Assembly (NCBI GenBank): GCA_965197905.1 | Contig: CBDAOB010000004.1 | Location: forward strand, 1,024,001-1,088,000 | DNA from: Candidatus Latescibacterota bacterium | GTDB taxonomy: Bacteria > Latescibacterota > UBA2968 > UBA8231 | Length of the DNA: 64,000 nucleotides | Direction: 5' to 3' | Shown here: piece after piece, positions 20,467-31,153 of the stretch | How the letters are laid out: each line of letters begins with the position of its first letter | Position numbering within the stretch: position 1 is the stretch's first letter | Translations under genes and position numbers: made by a program | The notes under the pieces: generated by a model | Seen by the model: only the letters and a program-made list of their open reading frames with translations | Database searches by the model: none | Told to the model about the DNA's origin: nothing

Positions 20467-21528
20467 CTAACGCGGCAGTATCCGTGCGTCCTGGTACCTT
20501 TTTAAGATGATCAGGAAACGTGATTCACTGTTATCCCAGTCGTGAAACCCTAGTTGCCGCACTTTGTTGTGACTGAGAATCTCATCCCAATACCGCTCGA
20601 GGGTGGCATCTGCATAGCTCCAGTTAGCCACGTTGTCGAGTGTTGTCTGTTCAAGCTGGTTCTTTGCGCAGATATGCTGCCAGACGTCGTTCCGTTCCGA
20701 CATCACATCAGCCAGCTTCAACGGGCGTACCGTTCCACAAGGCATCTTAAATGCTCCGGCAATCATCGGCCAAAGCTGGTTCCATCTGAACACGTCTGTA
20801 TTCGTCATGTTGAAGGCCTGATCCCGACAGCCCGGTTCCGTTGCCATCCAGGCGATGCCTCGCGCGAGCAGCTCGATGGAGGTTACCTGCGCTAAGCTTG
20901 CAAAGGCGCCTTGGGGGCCTGGAAAATCGAACGCTGCACCAAGTTCCCTGCAAATGGCCGCGCAGGCTCCAAGCGTGCTGACCAGATTCCTGGCAATGTG
21001 GGGGGAGTAGTGCAGCAAGGTATTCGGTCTGGAACACGACCATGACCACTCTTTTTCTTTGCTGCGCTCAACCAGGTAGTCCTGCTGGTCGTAGTTGAAA
21101 TTTGGGATGGGCGCGCGGGGATCTTCTTCTCAAGCCGGTGTCGGAAACGGCCCCACGTGGACCCCGTAGTACTTGCCCCCCTGGACCAGGTGGACGTGCG
21201 TGAGGTTCTTCGCGGACGACTCGATCCCATTCACCAGGTTATCCAGAAGACGCAGGTTGTCCGAAGCACTTTCGATGACCTGTTCGGCGTGAGTGGCTCG
21301 TCCACAGTAGAATACGTGCGTGACGTCTCCGAGCGATGACAGGACATCGACACAGTCCTTTCGATCATTCAGATCGAGTTGAGAATAGCTGACACGCTCG
21401 AGCGGACTGGCGGGTGCTCTTCTGGCGATCCCATACACTTTCCATTCATCACTGGAAGCGAGCTCTCTCGCCAAGGCGGTGCCCACCGCGCCAGTGGCGC
21501 CCGCAATCAGAGCTACGAATTTGTGCAT
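20467..21528 (-). pseudogene. Atypical SDR (progesterone 5-beta-reductase/PRISE-like) interrupted by one in-frame TGA
   Basis: GATGAVG, QGGKYYG; reads TPA*EEDPRAPIPNFNYDQQDYL...WSCSRP in one continuous frame; TGA at 21130-21132. Confidence 0.85.
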
Positions 21529-21607
21529 TCGTCCTCCTCAGGTGCACTCAGCAGATGGCTTTGACGCCGTTCTTCATCAATCCTCTCAGGGCGGCTAGCC
21601 TTTCTAA

Positions 21608-22750
21608 TCAACGCTTGCTCCTGGCGCAGCTACTCTCCCATTCCTCCACGCTCATCGCGCCGGCGACCACGTGGCTGTTGTCGCCGATGCGACCCGGCTC
21701 GCGCAGCGCCGGCTGGTCGACGAACCGGGCGCGGGCAGCCTTGTGCTGGTTCTCGGGCTGCAGGACGTCCTCCTCGCCTTCGGCGATGTGCCGGTACAGC
21801 AGCTTCAGCTCCGGGGAAAACCTTGAGTACACCTCCCGCGGCACGTACGTCCTGAGCGCGTGGCCACCCGAGTGCACGTTGACGAACTCGTTACCCGATA
21901 GCCACCACGGCGCGTAACGGCACACAACCGTCGTGCGCTCGTGCTCGCTCTGGTTGGCAGCGCGCGAGTGCCAGAGCCGCGTGTCCTGCATAAAGACCGA
22001 GCCCGCGGGCGCCGAGATTTGGAACTCGCCCGGGATCGGCGCTCGTTCGTCGATCCCGTCATCGGGGCCGCGCGGGTTGCGCGGGTCTTTGTGCGACCCC
22101 GGAACAACCCACGTGCCGCCGTTATACGGGGTCACATCCTCCGGACCGAGGTAGCAGATCGTGGACAGCGCCATGCAGACATCGGGGAATGGCTGGGCGA
22201 CCGCGCCGGCAAGATTCCACTCCTCACCGCTCGTCCGGTACGCAGCCAGATCATGCGGCCAGTCGGAATGCCAGCGGCGACGCAGCAGTTGCTCCTCGGA
22301 GAACGCCTCCCCGTCGGCTTTGACGACTTGGCGGACGCGGTGACCTGCGTCTGCAAAATGCGGACGTGCGTATCGAGCATCGCCTTGGCTACCCGGAGCA
22401 CGCGCGGCTCCACGAGGTGCTCGGCGAAGGTCTCGTTCCGCGCGATGTCGCAGAGCTCGGCGTGGGGCGCCATCGGCGACCGCACAGGGCCGCTGCCAGG
22501 CTGGAAGTCGGGATTTCTGCGGCGTTCCAACTCTATGCGTTTGCTCCGCTCCGCCTCGCGGTCCTGCTGCAACAGCCGGCGCCCCCGGTACACGCTCTCG
22601 CGCACCGTGCTGACTTCGCCCTCAGGGATCACCCTCTCGACGACGCAGAAACCCTGGACTCGCAGCGATTGCAGGTACCCCTCGATCTCCGCGTCACCAC
22701 CTTTGGGGATACCCGTAGCGATGGAGTAGGGGAGTCGCAGTCGATCATCA
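21608..22750 (-). pseudogene. PhyH-family dioxygenase, frameshifted near 22315-22325 and lacking a clear start
   Basis: LRVQGFCVVERVI...DTHVRILQT in one frame, then RRRWHSDWPHD...VVPGSH...DTRLWHS in another. Confidence 0.8.
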
Positions 22751-22967
22751 AGATTTAAGAGTTTTGACAAAATCAATTCAGCTAGTTTTATGGTTTAAAA
22801 AAATGTCTCAAGCTTTACTAAAAATTACAATAATAACGGGTTCCATTCTCCCTTTGTTCCGGTTCTTTCTGTGTGCCAGTCATAGCTCTTTTCTCGTTTC
22901 TAATTCATCAATTCCGATTGTAGTACTTTACAGTCATCAGTCAAATTGGAATCTAAGGGCCGCTTAT

Positions 22968-24607
22968 CTAGGACTCGTAGCGACACTGCAGTTGCACTGC
23001 GTCCAAGACGAGGGGTGTCTGCATAGATTCATCTCGTTTGCTCACCATTAGCTCGACCCTGTTCTCCCCCCTCTTGACCTGCGCAGGATTGAGCGGGCAT
23101 TCCAGCCATTGCCCCGCCAACGGTGTCTGCATAGGCCCGGTTTGCTTTAACTCCTTCAGGGGTTCCTGGTTGAGTTTCACAGCTAGGTCATCAATGTGTG
23201 CAAAGTCCCAGAAGTGGAGACGAAATTGCAACTCAGGGCTATTCCCCGACTTTACATCCTCCCCCACCTGAAACGGCACACTGACGGGTTCCCCTGGCTT
23301 CAGCTCCAGCTCGCGCACGTCTTTGAAGCTGGAGTCACCGGCGAACCGATCCACACCGAATATCTTGTCCTTGTTTTCCATCGTTTTGGGATCTCCGATC
23401 TCTCGCCATATATCGTTCCTCGGGGAAAAGCATTGAAGGTGTAGATTCCATCGGCGCCAGCGTTGAACAGATTGGTCGCCGCACCACGCCAAGCTGCAAT
23501 TGTTCCTGCCCACGATTCGATCGCCACGACAAAGAAGGGCTTCTCAGTGTCATTCGGGTCTCCGGCCGATTGGGTCTTTACCCACGATTCAAAGGTCCTG
23601 TGCTTGCCCTCTCCCACCTCGAGGAAAGCCCAGTGTTTCCAGAAAGCCCACCCGATACAGGGATACACCGGCATATCGTATTTGTGCCCCAGATTCACGA
23701 TGTCCTGGAACGACTCAGTCATTTTCGACTCTGTACCGCCACCGGGTATCAGAATGTCGATGAGATCTTCTGCAAGCCACGTTTCTAGATCCAGTCCGAT
23801 GAACTGTGCGTCGGCAGGACTGAAAGGTGCGCGCGCCGCCAGCAGCAGTGGACGCCCTCTTTGCTGTCCCACTTCGTCGGCCATCTGCCTGACTCGACGC
23901 ATCAGGTGTGTCATCATCTCCAGGTGCTGTTGCTCGGCAGGAAGTCCATCCAGAGTCGGTGCAAAAAACTTGGGATGTCGGAAGAAGTCCAACTCCACCC
24001 CATTTACGTCGTATCCCTGGCATACTTCCCGAATCAACGAGAATATGTGCTCCCGCACCTCTGCACAGCTGAAATCAAGAGCAGACCAGAGGTGTCTAGG
24101 TCCATCTGGGTATTTCTCCCAGTCGTCCGGCTCACCCATCAGATATTCCGGATGCTCCCGCTTGAAGGGACCCAGACGATAGTGCCAGCTGCGATGACCC
24201 ACGGGATAGGAATCATGCACGTCGTTCATGCGCAATGACCAGAATGCCTCCATATCGTGTTTGCGACAGAAGTCCACCTGAATCTGCAGGATGTCGCGTC
24301 CGTACTTGTCAATGAGCTCTTGTGCAATACCCTCACTGCAAAATCCACCCAATTTTGTGCGGTGCCAGAATGTGATGCCGGCTCGGCAAGTGGAGTACCA
24401 GATGCTGTCCACCTGCGTCCCCACCAGCGGCGTGCTGCGCGCATTGAGGAAGTCATCCATCAGCTCGCCTTCGCTGCGGGTGAACACTCGCCAGTGAGCG
24501 GCACGGCGAAGTTCCGCTTCTGTCTTTGACTCGATCACGTCGTCGCCGTCATTGTTGAAAATAATCCGCCGCCTGCGCCAGCGTGCAGCTTTCCTTGTCT
24601 CGTCCAT
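22968..24607 (-). pseudogene. GHL10-like hydrolase, paralog of 7008..8657, frameshifted near 23420-23435
   Basis: RRRIIFNNDGDDV...GADGIYTFN in one frame; IWREIGD...DKIFGVDRF...VLDAVQL in the next, matching the intact paralog end to end. Confidence 0.85.
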
Positions 24608-24666
24608 TAGGCTGCTCCTTTTATCAACTCATGCGCCCTTGCTCCTTGTCCCCGCGTCCCTTGTCC

Positions 24667-26142
24667 TTATACCGCCCTCCTTGTATGGCCCGTCTCGGGG
24701 CCGGAGAAAAAGGAACTTGGATCACCTTTCTCCAGATCGTCAAACCATTTGAGAAGCACCGTAGCGGCGGAAATTGAAGTTCCCTTCAGAGCAGACTGAG
24801 CCAGGCCATTGAAGATCCACCGATCCAACCCAACCCCCCGCCAGGTCGCGTGGAAGGCCCGGATCATCGAGGTGCGTGTGCCGACGATGCGCCCCGTGGG
24901 TCTGCCCCGGCCGTCTACCATAAACTCCCGGTCGTACTCCCAACCCAGATAGAAATCCCCGCTCGAATCCTGCAAGTACAGGAGGAAATTTAGGGCCATA
25001 CATACCCGTCTTCCGAGTTTCCCCCTGAAGGGATGATCCGCAGGAAGCGCCTCGTAAAGTGTCGTTATCCCGTCGCATATAATCGAGTGATACCCCATAT
25101 GGAAATTGTGTCCCGGCCATCCACCGTGCGGCAGCTGACCGGACAACACCGCGCCTTCCACCCTGTCCACCGCGCCCTCCAGATATTTCGAATCTCCGGT
25201 AGATCGATAGAGAGGAACTAAATACCATATGGAAAACGCATCGAAGTTGTTGTTGCCGGTGAATTCGTAGGTGGGCTTCTTGAGGTAGATCTTGCTCAGT
25301 AGTCCGTCGGGCAGATGCTCCCTGGTGAAACCGGTATAGGGACATCCCAACGCCCAATCTCCCGCTCGCTTAGCCGATTCAAGATATTTCGGATCCCCAA
25401 ACACCCGATACCCTTCCATCAACGCCAAACCCGCCCAACCCGTGTCGTAGAAGCAGTGGGTGTCGTTCACCACTCCTTCCACTGATCCCCACCAGCGCCA
25501 CTGACCGTTGGGCTCCTGCTCCTTTAACAGGTAGTCCAATCCCCCCAGGGCCATCTCTTTGTAGGTATCCCCGCCTAAGGCTTCATAGGCGTAGACATAG
25601 CCCACGGTTGTATCGCCCACACCGCGAATCACGGGATGGCCGACGTTATCGCGTCCCTTTCCCCAGCTCCCATCCTCATTCCGACTCTCCAACATGCTCT
25701 TGTGGGTCTTTTCGATGAGCTCTACCAAGGCCCGCCGATCAACTTCGAGAAACACGTAGGGCGAAGGAAGCACTCTGTCTCGGACCACCACAGGGAGTGC
25801 ACCAGGATAGGTGGTGCCCGGCACAACCACTTGGAATTCATCCGTCGCGAGGACACGCCAGTTCTCTCTCTCCGAATAGACCGAGGCAGCAACCTGATAC
25901 CGACCCGCAGGATCACCCGATCTAACCGCGTAGGTGTACGAAAGGACGGTGCCCTCCGTCACCTCCTCGAAATGGTGTGAGGAGAACCGAACGGCTCCCA
26001 GCGGATCGTAGACGATCACACTGGCCAGGACCTCCTGCTGGTTTATCCCGGATAGGTGGAGTTCGATTTCGGCCTTATCGCCCGCGGCGAAACCGATGCT
26101 TTTCTCCTGTACGAAGATGAACACTTTTCTCCCCGTTGCCAT
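24667..26142 (-). CDS. Hypothetical protein: N-terminal Ig-like domain + alpha/alpha-toroid (prenyltransferase/six-hairpin-like) domain
   Basis: RNEDGSWG, YLLKEQEPNGQW, GQLPHGGW, QDSSGDF repeats; GDPKYLESAKRAGDW; GGAGGG RBS before ATG 26142. Confidence 0.65.
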   Translation of the reverse strand: MATGRKVFIFVQEKSIGFAAGDKAEIELHLSGINQQEVLASVIVYDPLGAVRFSSHHFEEVTEGTVLSYTYAVRSGDPAGRYQVAASVYSERENWRVLATDEFQVVVPGTTYPGALPVVVRDRVLPSPYVFLEVDRRALVELIEKTHKSMLESRNEDGSWGKGRDNVGHPVIRGVGDTTVGYVYAYEALGGDTYKEMALGGLDYLLKEQEPNGQWRWWGSVEGVVNDTHCFYDTGWAGLALMEGYRVFGDPKYLESAKRAGDWALGCPYTGFTREHLPDGLLSKIYLKKPTYEFTGNNNFDAFSIWYLVPLYRSTGDSKYLEGAVDRVEGAVLSGQLPHGGWPGHNFHMGYHSIICDGITTLYEALPADHPFRGKLGRRVCMALNFLLYLQDSSGDFYLGWEYDREFMVDGRGRPTGRIVGTRTSMIRAFHATWRGVGLDRWIFNGLAQSALKGTSISAATVLLKWFDDLEKGDPSSFFSGPETGHTRRAV

Positions 26143-27400
26143 GTCAATCCCTCCGACGCGTCCCATGAGTACTGTTCCTCTATTCCCGAGATACCCTTCA
26201 TAGACCAGGGTCTTCACATCCAATGTCATATTGTTTCAGCGGGGGAAGGTGGTGCACTCGAAGCTGTTGTTATGAGAAGCGCCCGCCGAGGTGGTGTTGA
26301 GGTGGGCTTATCCAGATTTCAATTGACACCCCCCACTATGGCCATGTGAGTTGTGCCACTACAGGCAGGTGGTCAGAATATGCCTGTTTCTTGCGGACCA
26401 TCGTGGCGAAATCCTGAGTCTCGTATTACGGTCGCGCTTTGCAGAATGCTGCTAGAGATGGGCTGGCATAAATGTGGTCCGAATAGTCTTTCGAACACCC
26501 ACTTTGAAGTCTCCTAAGACAATGATGTTGCTTGGCACAGACCGGATTCTTCACAGAAGGATAACGTAATCGCCTGATCCGAGACAGGATCTGAGCAAAC
26601 ACCTTCTGGTCCCTCCACTTGCTGCTCGACTTGCCGCAGTAGAGATCGCGGAATATCTCCTGTAACTTCGTCAGGAAAACGGTCCTACATCCTGGCTTCT
26701 TCGCCGATAGCTACCCTATATCTTTTTCCTGCTCCGGCTATCGCCAGCGTGACGTCGTGGGGTAGACCGGACCTGGGACTGCTACTTCGACGTCGATACG
26801 TTCGCTGCTCAATTCCGACAGTAAGGCGTAGGCGTTCATCGGCAACATCGCCAAGATTTGACTCAATTTCCGGCTTGCTGCCACCCGCTCCTGATGCTCA
26901 ATTTCGACGCCAACGAACCTAAAGACGCTACGACAACCTCCCGGCAAAAAGTAGCCCGGCTCCGCTCTGACGCAATCTCCTGGACCATCCATGAGACATA
27001 ACGTTGGTGGCAATTAAAGCGAAGTAACCTCTATCCTTGCCACGTACGTACCAGTACCAGGTAGTCCCAAACTCCTTGGTACACCCTCCGAATCTTCGTA
27101 CCATACCGGCTAATTGAGCCGATAACATTGCGATCTGTAGCATCGGCTTGGTGGAATCCTCCCAGCGCAGTCGCGCCTCGGTGGACAGTGTCTTCAGCCG
27201 GTTGTTCACGGCAGAGACTCCGACCGCAGTCACTGTCAAGGAACGGGGACTCCCGAGACCCAGCCCGGCAGGATGTCTTGCGAAGTCTGGGATCAGCCTT
27301 CGGGACAGCGGGTGACGAAGGTTTCATTCGCCATCGTTTCGGGCTCTATGAAGCCTCAGCCGGAGCGGGGAAGACCGTACTGGCCGGTCCAGGATTCCGG

Positions 27401-27517
27401 CAAGGCTTGTGGCAGAGTTTCACGATCCAGGGTGGCCTCCCGCCGGGAAGAATTTCTGGTATCGTGGAGGACCAGAAGGCCATCTGTGGTTCGCCACCAA
27501 TGGCGGCGTGAGCCGCG
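27401..27517 (+). pseudogene. Fragment of a two-component-regulator propeller repeat
   Basis: QGLWQSFTIQGGLPPGRISGIVEDQ then, after a frameshift, GHLWFATNGGVSR. Confidence 0.6.
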
Positions 27518-27553
27518 TGTGGCCTGGACCGAGCTACTGCTGAGGTAGCCACT

Positions 27554-28965
27554 ATGAACCCACTGCTGAATCAATATACCAGACTGCTCATCTGCGTAAT
27601 CGTCGCCGTCCTCCTTTGGCTGCTCACGGCACCAGCGATGCTCCTGCAAAGGGATGGCAGGTGTTCTCTGTTTTCATCGCTGTCATCTTGAGCTTCATCC
27701 TGCGCCCCTTCCCCATGGGCACGATGGTGGTCCTGGGACTGGTGATTCTTACTGCCACCAACACGATCACCATTAAGGAGTCCCTCAGCGGCTACGGTGA
27801 TTCCACGGTGTGGCTAGTGGTTGCTGCCTTTCTCATCGCCGGTGCCGTCATCCACACGGGCTTTGGCCGCAGACTCGCTTTGACCATGGTCAAGCTGCTG
27901 GGTAGGTCCACCCTCGGCCTGGGGTACGCCCTCTGCGCCTCGGAGCTGGTCCTAGGCCCGGCGGTACCCTCCAACACGGCAAGAGGAGGCGGCATCCTGG
28001 CGCCCGTCATGGACTCACTAGCACGCGCCCTGGACTCGACTCCCGATCAGGAGCCCGAGAGGGCGGGTGCCTTTCTCGCGCTCGTGGGCTCGCAGGCAAA
28101 TCTCATCACCGCCAGCATGTTTCTCACGGGAATGGCAGCCAACCCGCTGATCAGCAAGGCGGCTGATGATGTGTTTGGGATCCAGTTCGGTTTCGCCGAA
28201 TGGGCTCTAGGCTCCATTGTCCCGGGGCTGGTCGGGCTGCTGCTGCTCCCCTTGCTCATCTTCCGTTTAAGCAGGCCTACCCTCACCGACTCACGCCCCG
28301 CCCAGCAGAAGGCAAAGGAGGAGCTCGAACGCATGGGTCCGATGAGTGGTGCGGAATGGGTGATGCTCTTGACCCTGACCCTGCTGCTTGCCTTGTGGAC
28401 GACCACAGCACTGCACGGCATGAGCACGACCCTTGTGGCGTGGATCGGTGTCAGTATTCTGCTCCTGACTCGAACCGAAACCTGGGACGACATCGTCAGC
28501 AACTCCAAGGCATGGGACACGCTGATCTGGCTGGGAGGTCTCCTCACCATGGCCAACCTGCTTCGGGACTACCGCTTCATCGAGTGGTTTGCGGGGACCA
28601 TGCAGGGTTGGGTTGCCGGCTATGACGGTGTAGTAGTCGTGATCCTGCTGGCGTTGATCTACTTCTATTCCATGTACGCCTTCTCCATGTTTACCGCGCA
28701 CATCTCCGCCATGGTAGCCACTTTCCTAGCGGTATGCCTCGCCGCCGATGGAAGTCCCATGCTGGCTGTGGCGTTGATGGCCTATTTCTCATGCCTGTGT
28801 GGCTGCTTGACCAACTACTCGACGGGCCCGGTGGTGATTTACTTCGGGCTAGGCTACGTAGAGGTTCGCAAGTGGTTTACCGTCGGCTTTGCCGTTTCCC
28901 TCTTCCACCTCGTCACCTGGTTGGGCGTTGGGATGTTGTGGTGGCGACTTCTCGGATGGTGGTGA
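27554..28965 (+). pseudogene. DASS-family anion symporter (2-oxoglutarate/malate or citrate translocator-like), frameshift near 27632
   Basis: ATG 27554 after GAGG gives MNPLLNQYTRLLICVIVAVLLWLLTAP; the main frame continues SDAPAKGWQVF...PSNTARGGGI...MFLTGMAANP...YSTGPVVIYFG. Confidence 0.8.
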
Positions 28966-29013
28966 AATCGATGTGAAAAGGCTGGACTGAGCAACGGAGA
29001 GGTTAGTTATCAG

Positions 29014-29250
29014 TTGCTGAACGCATGGCTCGTGCAACGGCCTGACTCAGAGTTGATCGCTAGCTGGAAGGAATATATCGGTGCACTCTTGCTTACCCTG
29101 GATGAGGAAGCCAAAGACGCCCTGAGGAAGGATCTCCTGGAACGCGCCCGCGAAGTTGCCGAGGCGACCGGAGGATTCTTGGGGTTCGGCCAGAAAATCT
29201 CTACACAGGAGGAAACCGTCTTGGAAGAGATAGATCAGGTATTCCTGTAA
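29014..29250 (+). pseudogene. C-terminal remnant of a conserved hypothetical (TerB-like) protein
   Basis: LLERAREVAEATGGFLGFGQKIS..E..VL tail with no upstream portion. Confidence 0.5.
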
Positions 29251-29255
29251 GAAAT

Positions 29256-29618
29256 GTGGAACAACGGGTTGAGGCGATTCTGGAGATTCTCCAGCCGGTG
29301 AGAGAGCAGACGCTCAAGCGTCCTGACTCCACGCCGAGATCCGCATCGCGGGCTACTTCTCGTCCGAGTCCGCTGACCGGCTCGACGAAGCTATGAACCA
29401 AGTAAAAGATACCAACAGAGTCGTACTGATCTTCGACGAAAAGTGCTTCATAAACAGCACGGGGTTATCTGCATTGTTCGAGCATATTTTCCCGGGCATC
29501 GAGCAAGGCAAGGAATAACGTGTGGTCCATCCCGCCCCGGCACTTCAGGAAGGATATAGTGGGGCTGAGCTCCGATGTGCAGGTGTTCGCGGAAGAAGCT
29601 CAAGCCTTGGATGCCTGA
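29256..29618 (+). pseudogene. STAS/anti-sigma-factor antagonist pseudogene
   Basis: AEIRIAGYFSSESADRLDEAM...VVLIFDEKCFINSTGLSALF...GKE*RVVHP, then HFRK.DIVGL...VFAEEAQAL; TAA at 29516-29518 plus frameshifts. Confidence 0.7.
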
Positions 29619-29667
29619 TAGTTCATCTGCACCGACATTGCTCCCTTGCCTCCAACACAGCGGCGAT

Positions 29668-30120
29668 ATGTCTGAACTCATTGCTGATAAATCGATCATT
29701 TTCCATACCACCTACGGAAACATTGCCTTCAAGGCACTATTAGGAGTCCTCATTCCTAGCTTTCTCTTTTGGGCAGGGCTTGTCATGCAGCCTATTGTGT
29801 TGGTGTTTCTAGCGATCTCTATCATGGCTCTCGTGATCCTGCTCTTTTGGACTCATATAGAGGTGATGAAAGGAGGAATTTACCTCAAAAGAGGATTGGG
29901 GATACTGAATGGAAACAGGCGCTTCATCAGCGATGATAGTGTGGACTATGTGAGGGTCATCTTATCGCTCAACATTCACATGCTTAAGATCGTGATGGAC
30001 GACAAGACCGTCAGGATTGACATCGACGATTTAACCAATCACAGTGAGTTTCTTGATGTGATGCAGGAGAAATACGCCGACAAATTCCAAACATTTGAGA
30101 GTACGAAAAAGTATGTTTAG
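29668..30120 (+). CDS. Hypothetical membrane protein (2 TM + PH-like soluble domain), low GC
   Basis: Two hydrophobic helices followed by a beta-rich domain; visibly AT-richer than neighbours. Confidence 0.55.
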   Translation: MSELIADKSIIFHTTYGNIAFKALLGVLIPSFLFWAGLVMQPIVLVFLAISIMALVILLFWTHIEVMKGGIYLKRGLGILNGNRRFISDDSVDYVRVILSLNIHMLKIVMDDKTVRIDIDDLTNHSEFLDVMQEKYADKFQTFESTKKYV

Positions 30121-30193
30121 ATCGGAACATCCACTGCACAGCAGCTTCCGTAAAGTGAGATCGCTGGAAAAACATACTGATAGGGGAACGTGA

Positions 30194-30406
30194 ATGAGGA
30201 CTTGGAATTTCAAGCTATCCCAACTAACAGTGTTTTTCTTGGCGACGCTCGTGCTGGGGGTGCAGATTTGTCAGATCGTCAATGCATTCCGGGCAACCGG
30301 CTCAATATCCACTTTTGAGTGTTCGATTGGCGTGATGGCTCTTGCGATCTCCGGAAGTCTGTTCCATCGCGCTAGGGGACGCTCAACCGTACTTAACCCC
30401 CCTTGA
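30194..30406 (+). CDS. Small two-TM hypothetical protein
   Basis: GGGGA RBS, two hydrophobic stretches. Confidence 0.4.
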   Translation: MRTWNFKLSQLTVFFLATLVLGVQICQIVNAFRATGSISTFECSIGVMALAISGSLFHRARGRSTVLNPP

Positions 30407-30569
30407 TGCCGGAGCGGGACTGTTCGCGGTCCTGACGAAGTACAACGTTCCCCAGTTGAGCCAGACGTTCATCGAAACGAATCCATATGCCGTCAAGAGA
30501 AACTCCATCGACCGCGTGCTGACCTACACATTTATCGGACTAGCGCTACTTGGGCTTGCGGCGCAGGCC

Positions 30570-30864
30570 GGGCGAGAGGCGCAAGGCCGCGCTCGAAGAG
30601 GAACGGAATAAACTCGCCGACTCTCACCCGCAAGGCGATCGACTGCCATCTGACACCGAGATACGCAATGCACTGAAGGGATTCCGTTGTCTATTGGAGA
30701 GCGGGACACATCAGGAGAGACGGACGGTTGTTGAGGAAAATATTGAGAAGATTCTCGTGCGTCCTACAGGCGATGTGTTGCTGAAAGTGAACCCGGCCGG
30801 ATTTCTGTCCGACCGTCCTTTTGATTGGTGCCGAGGGCCGGACTCGAACCGGCACGACCGATAA
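30570..30864 (+). mobile_element. C-terminal remnant of a large serine recombinase/integrase, abutting the tRNA-Leu 3' end
   Basis: Coiled coil ALEEERNKL followed by ERRTVVEENIEKILVRPTGDVLLKVNP, typical of LSR C-termini; the frame runs antisense into the tRNA. Confidence 0.6.
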
Positions 30865-30914
30865 CGGCCAACGGATTTTAAGTCCGTCGCGTCTACCAAT
30901 TCCGCCACCCCGGC
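30826..30914 (-). tRNA. tRNA-Leu (anticodon TAA)
   Basis: GCCGGGGTGGCGGAATTGGTAGACGCGACGGACTTAAAATCCGT...GGTTCGAGTCCGGCCCTCGGCACCA; long variable arm, encoded CCA. Confidence 0.97.
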
Positions 30915-30935
30915 ACGATCATCCAGATATAAAAA

Positions 30936-31010
30936 TGGAGGCGACGCCCGGACTCGAACCGGGGAATAAGGGCTTTGCAGGCCCCTGCCTTACCACTTGG
31001 CCACGTCGCC
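30936..31010 (-). tRNA. tRNA-Cys (anticodon GCA)
   Basis: GGCGACGTGGCCAAGTGGTAAGGCAGGGGCCTGCAAAGCCC...GGTTCGAGTCCGGGCGTCGCCTCCA. Confidence 0.97.
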
Positions 31011-31044
31011 TCGTGCAAAAATTGCCTCGATTTTAGCGGAGTCG

Positions 31045-31073
31045 AAAATAGCCGGCGCTCTGTAACATGTCAA
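31045..31073 (-). promoter_or_regulatory. Sigma70-type promoter for the tRNA-Cys/tRNA-Leu operon
   Basis: TTGACA-N17-TATTTT on the minus strand. Confidence 0.65.
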
Positions 31074-31153
31074 TCCCGCCTCGGTGTCGTTGGTAGTCCG
31101 ATTTCCTATATTAGTGGAACTCCGCTTACAGTTCTCCGCGCAGGTGAGATGCG

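Noticed and set aside
21130..21132. In-frame TGA in the SDR gene as selenocysteine or recoding
   Set aside because: The context TPA*EEDPR corresponds to a basic residue (TPAREDDPR-like), not Cys. A CGA-to-TGA transition in a decaying region is simpler, and other genes here use TGA as stop.
7008..24607. GH-like paralog pair as a DGR template/variable repeat or as invertible-segment arms
   Set aside because: Divergence is spread over all bases with many synonymous changes rather than being adenine-specific; no reverse transcriptase; similarity too low for recombination arms.
1..30825. Second copy of the tRNA-Leu 3' end marking the other island boundary
   Set aside because: Not found by eye in this window; it may lie outside or be eroded.
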